Shown here: in pieces, positions 57,302 through 64,000 of the stretch
Numbering within the stretch: the first letter of the stretch is position 1
How the letters are laid out: every line of letters begins with the position of its first letter
NCBI GenBank assembly: GCA_001821015.1
Contig: MHRQ01000020.1
Span: forward strand, 44,977 to 108,976
Length of the DNA: 64,000 nucleotides
Source: Candidatus Taylorbacteria bacterium RIFCSPHIGHO2_02_FULL_46_13
Lineage (GTDB): Bacteria > Patescibacteriota > Minisyncoccia > Phycocordibacterales > DSPV01
Reading direction: 5' to 3'
The notes under the pieces: generated by a model
What the model was told of the DNA's origin: nothing
The model's database searches: none
The model's input: the letters and a program-made list of their open reading frames with translations, nothing else
Made by a program: the position numbers and the translations under genes

Positions 57302-57830
57302 TTTGATGAAGTCCGAAGACCGACTAAAGAGCGTGTAACATCGATTCTTTTTTAATTTATATCATCTCGGGTATCCGAGATATAGCTCTAACAGAGGATA
57401 TTTACGCTCTCTTCCGAGATGATGCTCCTTTGAGAAACAAAATTGTATTTTTAACATACGCACATACATAGAAAATGCATTTTTTGAAAATGTTATAGAA
57501 AAATTAGTCCGAGTGATCTTTTTGCAGGTGTTTACCTTAAAACTCCAATAATTTTATTGGGGGCTATCTATGTTCCTTAACATAAGCCTACTCTTAGAAA
57601 GGTTTTCTATATTTTGGCTCTCTTCATCTGACCACGGTTCCCTTTTAACTGATGAGGGGAGATAGTTTTTGTTTAAAAATAGATCAATTTTCAGAAAATC
57701 GTATCGATTTTTCGATTGTTATTTTTTGTTTCACGAAAGTGAAATAAATAGACTCGGATATCCGAGATAGCCTTATTTATCCACATATTTTGGCCATCTC
57801 GGATGAAATAAATTGTTAAAATTATCTGTA
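57302..57830 (+). promoter_or_regulatory. 530-bp non-coding leader upstream of the giant ORF with nested palindromes built on ATCTCGG/CCGAGAT (for example 57364..57381, 57414..57423, 57753..57766, 57796..57804), plus TTTCAC-GAAA-GTGAAA and repeated GAAATAAAT boxes
   Basis: ATCATCTCGGGTATCCGAGAT ... CCGAGATGAT; perfect 14-bp CTCGGATATCCGAG; ATCTCGGATGAAATAAAT. Read directly. Confidence 0.4.
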
Positions 57831-60800
57831 ATGTCAGAAAATAACGGGCACATATTTCTACAAGGGAAAAAATATATTTCATCTCGTCTCTGTGCAGAGA
57901 TTTCAAAATATTCACATGACTACGTTGGTCAGCTTTGCCGTAGTGGCAAACTTGAGTGTACCCGTGTAGGAAGAGCCTGGTATGTAGGCGAAGCATCACT
58001 CTTTAATCACCTCAAAGAAAACTCTCCTTCAGAGTATGTGAAGCGCGTGAGTGCAAGAGCTGTCAGTAGTGATGCTGTGTATACCGAGATATCCACTGCG
58101 TCCAGAACCGAAGAAATAAAAAGTGCTGCCCGTTCTGCTGCCCGTGAAGAAATTAAATATTTCCACGATGACAGAGTACTGTTGCCCACGTTACCTCCAC
58201 TCGTAACTACCCAAGGGAGAGATACTTCCAAAAAAATTCCTCGTTTGCTTTCTCCCTACCACAAGAATTTTTCGCTCGCGACAATTTCACATCCAAATTC
58301 TGTTAATAAAGTCGGGGCTCTCATGCTCTCGGTGGTGCTTACGGTTGGGGTAGTAATGTTTAAAAATACGGTTGATGTCACCGAGGCGTTGCATGGAATT
58401 TCACGAACGGCAAAGTCTATCAGCACGCTCGCACCATATCTGACCGCGGATACGTTTGCCGATGGAGCACGTGTGTATGCACATGAAAGTCTTGAATCGT
58501 TTGGTAAGTTGCTGTCCGAATTTAGAACTCGCTCCACCCGATTTGCAAAAATTGTTGTGGACAGCGCGTTATCTCTGGAGCGTGAAGTTGCAAAAGATCC
58601 CATCGGTTTCGCGCGCGACGCTGGAAGTGCTTACCGTGCTACGGTCTTTGACGGGACACGTCAGGCATTTATATATAATACTGGCACGTTCGCGCTCGCC
58701 ATTAACGGTTTAGAACAGAAATCTGGATTTACATTTTCCTTAAGCTCCCTTGCGCGTAGTGTCAATCGGAGCATCAATGATTTTGTCGTAGGGCTCTTTA
58801 CCACACCGGCGACGTATGTATATCTACCTCCTGTTCAAAACAGCCAGAACAGTGCACCCGCTCCGTCAAGTCGCTTTATTGTTCAAAATATCTATCCAAG
58901 CACCGAGCACACGACGAATCAAGTCTCTGCCGGGGGTATCACACGGGCTGAATTTGAAACCCGCTTAAGCATTCTAAGCAACAAGTTCACTTCCGATTTG
59001 AGCCTATTTTCAGATCGGACTTTTGGGAGCACCATCTATGTGCCATCACCGAGTTTGTCCCAAGAAATTGCTCACTCTCAAAGAATTGACCACCTGACAG
59101 GGACGCTGATCACCACCCCATCCATTGTCGGGGGTTCCATTACAGACGCGAGTATCTCTGGAGGGACTCTTTCGGGTGTATCCATCACAGGACTCTCTAG
59201 TTCGTTTGGTTCACTCTCGGTTACCGGTACGGGTACCTCAACGTTTGTTGGAGGTGTTTCCAGCCAGACCATCTTCCAAGGTTCGACCTTGGAGGGTGGT
59301 CGTGGGCAGTTCGGTGTCATCGTTTCTACCTCCACTACTGCCACAAGTACATTTTCCGGTGATGTTGCTTTTGACAGTGACACTCTGTACGTAGATTCAC
59401 TGAACAACCGTGTTGGTGTTGGGACTTCATCACCGACTGATACATTCTCTGTTAACGGTCCGATTTTTCTCTCAAACGTAGCTCCGGCCAATACCTCCAA
59501 TCGCCTCTACGCAAATGCGAGCTCTCTTTATTGGGCCGGCAATTTAATCGGTGGAGCGACGACGGGCAACTGGACGACCGATGGTACGAATGCTTGGAGA
59601 GCAACCGGCAACGTCGGCATTGGCACCACCTCTCCTTACGCCAAGTTGTCGGTTGAACATCTCTCAACCACCGGCACAGTCATTGGCGCCGACGCGCTCA
59701 CGGGATTTACCGGAAATCTTTTGGATTTGAAAGTCGCCTCCACCACCAAGTTCTCAATCAATCAAAGTGGCGATCTTCTTACGATGGGCTCCACCACTCT
59801 CCAAGGTTTAACCTTTGTTAACGCGACGGGCACTAATGCGACGACTACCAATTTTTACGCCAGCAATTCTCTCTCTGTTCTAGGCGGAACCTTTCTTAGC
59901 GGAAGTCTGACTTCCACATACTCTGGCACCTCCACTTATTCTGGCGGTCTTTACGCTTCGCTTCTCTCCGCCCCATACTTCAATGCCACCTCCACCACTG
60001 TTGACTCAGTTTTAAATCGCTTCGTCAGCATCTTTGGCACGACCACCAACGCCACTTCAACCAATTTTTACGCAACCAACCTCGTTGCCGGAAACGCCAC
60101 CACCACCTCTTTCTTTGCCACTCTCGGACGGTTTGTGGATTCGTTCTTCTCGTCCTCCTCCGTTGGACAGTTGACGGTGGGCTCCATCACGGCCACGTCA
60201 ACGACGGCTACGTCCACGTTCCAGAATCTCTCCTTTGTCAGTGGCACGTCCACGAACAGCTTCTCCTCGTTCAACTTCACGGGTACGAATGCCACCACGA
60301 CCTCACTGTTTGCAAACATTGCACGAATCGTAGATTCGTTCTTTGCGTCAAGCTCGGTTGGGAACTCGACGGTAGGTTCACTGACCTCCACCTCCACCGC
60401 CACCTTCACCCAAGCTACGTCCACCTCCTTCTTCACCTCAATTTTCAACTCGGTCTCTTCGGTCTTCTCATCTGTCATCACCGGCACTTCCACAATCGGC
60501 GACCTTAACGCCACCTCCTCAATCAAACTAACTTACACCGGCGCCAATATGCTCATCACAACCGACGGGACAGGGAAGTTGGTTTCTTCTTCCACTCCAA
60601 CGGCGGCAAATTATCTTGCCACCTCAACTACAGCGACTTCAACATTTGCAGGGGGCTTGAGTGTCGCAGGCACTGCTGGACTGACCGTCTTGCAGAATGG
60701 GAATGTGGGGATTGGCGATGATTCTCCCCTATCTCTTCTCACGGTTGGCAACGGCGATCTTTTCCAGATCAATTCTTCTGGGCAAGTCGGTGTGCTGACA

Positions 60801-63800
60801 GCTCCTGTGTCTGACTATCTCATGACACTGAACGATTCTGTAAATAATAGTAGTAGTCGTATTATCGATATCACTCAAGCTGATAGTACAAATGAAAACA
60901 GTTATGGGATCTATTCAACTAACACTGTCAATCTCGGCACCCTTTCTTCTGGTGTATCTCGAACCCTTGCTGGTATGTATCAGAATTTAACCCCTACCGC
61001 TAATTTAAACTTCAGCTCGGGAATTACTGCGAATGTAACAGTTTCTGGCGTTAATAATAATATCAATTTAAGTAATATCTCTTTTGCTGATTCTAATAAA
61101 TCCACATCTGTTGTTACGTATGGAGATTATTCAGCTATTTCAGGATCACCAACAGTTACTGATATAAACAGTATTCAATCCAACTCACTATCAGTTTCTG
61201 GTACTTATAATACTGTCGGTGTTACACCGACGTGGAGCGGTTCTCTTAATGATGATATGACTTTTACTTCTCATGGAGGATATTTTGAAAATACATCCTC
61301 CAGTGCTGGCGATGCGCTTCTAACTTCAAGGGCGTATGGCGTATACGGAGTGTCAACCGGAAATCTGACCACCACCGGTGATACTATTCATTACGGCGGC
61401 TATTTTCAGGCCGGCGGAACTGCTGATACAAACTACGGACTTTATGTCGATTCGAGCGACGCTACTACGAACTATGGAATATATTCTGCGGCTACGGGAC
61501 AGAGTTATTTTGCCGGCAACGTCGGGATAGGCACCACTTCGCCATACGCCAAACTTTCAGTTGTGGGCCAAACAGTGGCGGCCTACTTCACGGCGACGAC
61601 GACCGCCACCTCCACCTTCCCCACACTCCTCACCACCAACGCAACCTCCTCCAGCTTCGCCATCACGAATCTTACCTCCACTCTCCTCAAAACTAATTCC
61701 TTCGGTTCAGTTATCCCAGCTGTAGCCGGCACTGACTACGCGCTAGGGAACGTTGCGTATCCGTTCACCCCTTCAGTCGCTTGGGGAGCGTTGGCACAAG
61801 CAACCACTTCTCTCTTGGCCTTTCCACAGGGGCTCATAGCTTCAGGAACGATAGGACGATTGACTGTCGGTTCTTTGACAGCAACCTCAACAGTGTCTTT
61901 CCCTGCTTCTTCTATTACGAATACAATGCTTCTAAACAGCACGATTTCAGGCGTGGCTTTGGGCGGGACACTCTTTGCTTTAACTAATAACGATACTCTG
62001 GGCGGCTCCTCGTATGACGGAAGCTCCGCTATTTCGGATTGGGGCATCAATCTTGGAAATGCAAACACATGGACAGCGGCTCAATTATTCAACTACACCG
62101 CGACCACTTCATTTTCAGGGGGACTGTATGCTTCCTTGATTTCCTCGCCTTACTTCCACGCCACCTCCACGACAGCCACTTCAACATTCTCTGGTGGAAT
62201 TTCAGGAGCGCACGCATCTCTTTCCGCAGGACTTATTGTTTCTGGCGGCAACGTCGGCATCGGGACTTCGACTCCGCAGAACAAGTTGAATGTTGTGGGG
62301 GATTTGAATGTGGTGACTTCTGGTAGTGCTTTGCCGACGCTTTATGCGAACACTTCAGGGAATGTTGGAATCGGGACGGCGGCGCCAGATTCAGGCTCAC
62401 GATTGCATGTAGTAGGTCCTTCTTTTGGACAACTAAGGGTAGAAACAGCCAACAGCGGTATAAATGGTCCTGGTATACTTATTATGAACTCAGCCGCTTC
62501 GGGTGCAAAAAACTGGGTAGTCGGTGCTAATCAGAATGCTAGCAATTTGTTTGAAATCACTCCCTCAACAGCAAATGACGGAACTACATTCTCAACGCCA
62601 AATTTGTCAATAGCAGGAGCAACCGGCAACGTCGGCATCGGGACGACGTCACCTGTCTCAAAATTGTCAGTGTCGGGGGGAGCGTCTGTGGGAGCAGACT
62701 ACAACATCGCGGCCCCGACGAATGGAATGATAATACAAGGCAACGTCGGCATCGGGACGACGTCACCTGTCTCAAAATTGTCAGTGTTAGGTGAATCAGC
62801 TTTCGCAGGAGGTGCTAGTGTCGGTATTGGTTACGCGGGAACTGCGGCTCCAACGGGAGGATTAATAATTCAAGGCAACGTCGGCATCGGGACAACAGGC
62901 CCCAGTCGCTCATTGCATATAGCTCAATCTGAATCGATTGCTTACCTAAACACAACCTCAACCAGCCCCGGGTTCCACTCCATGCTTATATTAGAGGCGC
63001 AAGGCTCTGCTAATAACTACTCCCAAGTTCGCTATATGAACCAGGGAACTTCCTACTTCTCGGCTGGCATTGATCCCCAGAATAGTTTTGCCTACTCCAT
63101 TGCTAACGGCTCAAATGTTAACGTCAATCCTCGTCTGACGATCACAACTGGCGGCAACGTCGGGATTGGGACGACGAGTCCGACGGCACGATTAGAAGTT
63201 GGTGATGGTGATGGGCTTGAGCTTCTTTATATTAACGGTGGAAATTCTGGTTCCGCAATGGGAGTAGGCATTTACTTAAACAATGCTGGCACACCACGCA
63301 ATGCTATAGGTAATTATAGCGCGATTGTGGGAGGAACTTTTAGTAGCGATTTGATGTTCTATAATGAGGGCTCTACAAATAATAAGATTCATTTTCACAA
63401 CAATGGCGGTGTAAAAATGGTAATAGATAGCTCCGGCAACGTCGGCATCGGGACGACCAGCCCCCTTTACAAATTATCAGTTGAGTCCACTTCCGAAGGA
63501 AACATGTTCCAAATTTACGACACCGATGGCAATTGTCTCCTAGATCCCGACTCCGGAGGCATCACCACCACCTGTTCATCAGACATCAGATTAAAGACAA
63601 ATATTACTGACGCACAACCTGTTCTGTCATATCTTGCAAACATTCCAATCAAAGATTACACCGTCATCGCTTCGGGAGATCAGAGAACCGGTGTGGTCGC
63701 CCAAGAACTTCTCGCTTCCGGCTACAGCGATCTCGTGCACATGGGTCCGGACGGCTATTATGGCGTCTCGGAAATCAGCTCATGGAAATTGATAAAAGGG

Positions 63801-64000
63801 ATTCAGGAGCTTGATTTACGCAGTGCCGACATTGCCCGAGCTTTAGCATCCACGACCTCAATTCTTTCTTCCTCCATTGCCGATATTGATGCCAAGCTTG
63901 CCCAGGTCCTCGCTTCAACTTTTGCTTCCTCAACCATTGACCAGATTATTGCGAGTACCACGGTAAATATTGTCGCTGGCCAATCCTTCATCGCGCGGAT
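57831..64000 (+). CDS. Giant (more than 2,050 aa, 3-prime end beyond window) predicted membrane-anchored surface protein: N-terminal HTH_17/excisionase-like domain, single TM helix, Thr/Ser-rich repeat region with recurring GNVGIGTTSP(Y/V)(A/S)KLSV motif, C-terminal peptidase S74-like intramolecular-chaperone motif SSDIRLKTNI
   Basis: Checked codon by codon: frame starting ATG 57831 has no stop through 64000 (TGA at 57804 in-frame upstream). Not in supplied ORF track, presumably because it lacks a stop within the window. Minus-strand ORFs 59078..59500, 60068..60526 and 61736..62068 are shadows of it. Confidence 0.75.
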   Translation, partial: MSENNGHIFLQGKKYISSRLCAEISKYSHDYVGQLCRSGKLECTRVGRAWYVGEASLFNHLKENSPSEYVKRVSARAVSSDAVYTEISTASRTEEIKSAARSAAREEIKYFHDDRVLLPTLPPLVTTQGRDTSKKIPRLLSPYHKNFSLATISHPNSVNKVGALMLSVVLTVGVVMFKNTVDVTEALHGISRTAKSISTLAPYLTADTFADGARVYAHESLESFGKLLSEFRTRSTRFAKIVVDSALSLEREVAKDPIGFARDAGSAYRATVFDGTRQAFIYNTGTFALAINGLEQKSGFTFSLSSLARSVNRSINDFVVGLFTTPATYVYLPPVQNSQNSAPAPSSRFIVQNIYPSTEHTTNQVSAGGITRAEFETRLSILSNKFTSDLSLFSDRTFGSTIYVPSPSLSQEIAHSQRIDHLTGTLITTPSIVGGSITDASISGGTLSGVSITGLSSSFGSLSVTGTGTSTFVGGVSSQTIFQGSTLEGGRGQFGVIVSTSTTATSTFSGDVAFDSDTLYVDSLNNRVGVGTSSPTDTFSVNGPIFLSNVAPANTSNRLYANASSLYWAGNLIGGATTGNWTTDGTNAWRATGNVGIGTTSPYAKLSVEHLSTTGTVIGADALTGFTGNLLDLKVASTTKFSINQSGDLLTMGSTTLQGLTFVNATGTNATTTNFYASNSLSVLGGTFLSGSLTSTYSGTSTYSGGLYASLLSAPYFNATSTTVDSVLNRFVSIFGTTTNATSTNFYATNLVAGNATTTSFFATLGRFVDSFFSSSSVGQLTVGSITATSTTATSTFQNLSFVSGTSTNSFSSFNFTGTNATTTSLFANIARIVDSFFASSSVGNSTVGSLTSTSTATFTQATSTSFFTSIFNSVSSVFSSVITGTSTIGDLNATSSIKLTYTGANMLITTDGTGKLVSSSTPTAANYLATSTTATSTFAGGLSVAGTAGLTVLQNGNVGIGDDSPLSLLTVGNGDLFQINSSGQVGVLTAPVSDYLMTLNDSVNNSSSRIIDITQADSTNENSYGIYSTNTVNLGTLSSGVSRTLAGMYQNLTPTANLNFSSGITANVTVSGVNNNINLSNISFADSNKSTSVVTYGDYSAISGSPTVTDINSIQSNSLSVSGTYNTVGVTPTWSGSLNDDMTFTSHGGYFENTSSSAGDALLTSRAYGVYGVSTGNLTTTGDTIHYGGYFQAGGTADTNYGLYVDSSDATTNYGIYSAATGQSYFAGNVGIGTTSPYAKLSVVGQTVAAYFTATTTATSTFPTLLTTNATSSSFAITNLTSTLLKTNSFGSVIPAVAGTDYALGNVAYPFTPSVAWGALAQATTSLLAFPQGLIASGTIGRLTVGSLTATSTVSFPASSITNTMLLNSTISGVALGGTLFALTNNDTLGGSSYDGSSAISDWGINLGNANTWTAAQLFNYTATTSFSGGLYASLISSPYFHATSTTATSTFSGGISGAHASLSAGLIVSGGNVGIGTSTPQNKLNVVGDLNVVTSGSALPTLYANTSGNVGIGTAAPDSGSRLHVVGPSFGQLRVETANSGINGPGILIMNSAASGAKNWVVGANQNASNLFEITPSTANDGTTFSTPNLSIAGATGNVGIGTTSPVSKLSVSGGASVGADYNIAAPTNGMIIQGNVGIGTTSPVSKLSVLGESAFAGGASVGIGYAGTAAPTGGLIIQGNVGIGTTGPSRSLHIAQSESIAYLNTTSTSPGFHSMLILEAQGSANNYSQVRYMNQGTSYFSAGIDPQNSFAYSIANGSNVNVNPRLTITTGGNVGIGTTSPTARLEVGDGDGLELLYINGGNSGSAMGVGIYLNNAGTPRNAIGNYSAIVGGTFSSDLMFYNEGSTNNKIHFHNNGGVKMVIDSSGNVGIGTTSPLYKLSVESTSEGNMFQIYDTDGNCLLDPDSGGITTTCSSDIRLKTNITDAQPVLSYLANIPIKDYTVIASGDQRTGVVAQELLASGYSDLVHMGPDGYYGVSEISSWKLIKGIQELDLRSADIARALASTTSILSSSIADIDAKLAQVLASTFASSTIDQIIASTTVNIVAGQSFIAR

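Noticed and set aside
59078-62068. Minus-strand ORFs 59078..59500, 60068..60526 and 61736..62068 in the supplied track
   Set aside because: They lie antisense inside the uninterrupted plus-strand giant ORF (57831 onward). Their translations are low-complexity mirror images (V/E/T-rich) of its Thr/Ser-rich repeat, i.e. typical shadow ORFs.
1-64000. Mobile element, transposase or integrase genes
   Set aside because: None of the ORFs shows DDE transposase, tyrosine or serine recombinase motifs. The only mobility-like signals are the repeat families and the pyrD-flanking direct repeats.

Overview
This 64-kb window comes from a low-GC bacterial genome with tightly packed genes that often overlap (ATGA-type overlaps). 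It resembles a small-genome, CPR/Patescibacteria-like organism, but that is unverified. I found no rRNA, tRNA, CRISPR array, transposase or integrase.

Positions 36 to about 38,850 are one very large glycan-biosynthesis locus exported by an ABC transporter (Wzm/Wzt). Its recognisable parts include:
- a CDP-glucose 4,6-dehydratase-like enzyme (one of two family-level dehydratase/epimerase calls in the locus);
- an FdtA-like ketoisomerase with a DegT aminotransferase;
- Gmd plus an Rmd-like reductase, and one GT11-type and one GT10-like fucosyltransferase-like protein;
- a NeuB/NeuA nonulosonic-acid pair, a KdsC-like phosphatase and a Maf/DUF115-like protein;
- two carbamoyltransferases and at least five SAM methyltransferases;
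- a B12-binding radical SAM enzyme;
- a zinc alcohol dehydrogenase with a TPP-dependent E1 alpha/beta pair;
- a PfkB kinase, cytidylyltransferase-like proteins, GT2, GT4 and GT-A-like transferases, and a Wzy-like/TPR membrane protein.

The remainder carries housekeeping genes (murB, secA, pyrD, maf, obg, gatB, an M29 aminopeptidase and an ABC-2 transporter) and a run of nucleotide-hydrolase genes (two HIT, NUDIX, Maf, an NDT-like protein, a nucleotidyltransferase).

The most striking feature is absent from the supplied ORF track. A single open reading frame starts at 57831 and is still open at 64000 (more than 2,050 codons). It appears to encode, in order:
- an N-terminal excisionase-type HTH domain;
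- one transmembrane helix;
- a Thr/Ser-rich repeat region with a recurring GNVGIGTTSPxxKLSV motif, reminiscent of a tail fiber;
- a C-terminal peptidase S74-like auto-chaperone motif (SSDIRLKTNI).
It is preceded by a 530-bp leader full of CTCGG/CCGAG palindromes.

Other unexplained structure:
- a roughly 90-160 bp hairpin repeat family with four good copies;
- 56-bp direct repeats precisely bracketing pyrD;
- three long palindromes sharing a GCTATAGC core, two of which flank a PaaX-like regulator gene;
- a 19-bp perfect inverted repeat just upstream of murB;
- a SPASM-like Cys-rich fragment followed by a small-peptide gene with a strong ribosome-binding site;
- a consensus sigma70-like promoter carrying a duplicated TTGACACC box in front of a leaderless HTH gene at the head of the glycan operon.

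All functional calls come from reading motifs in the supplied translations. No database searches were run.
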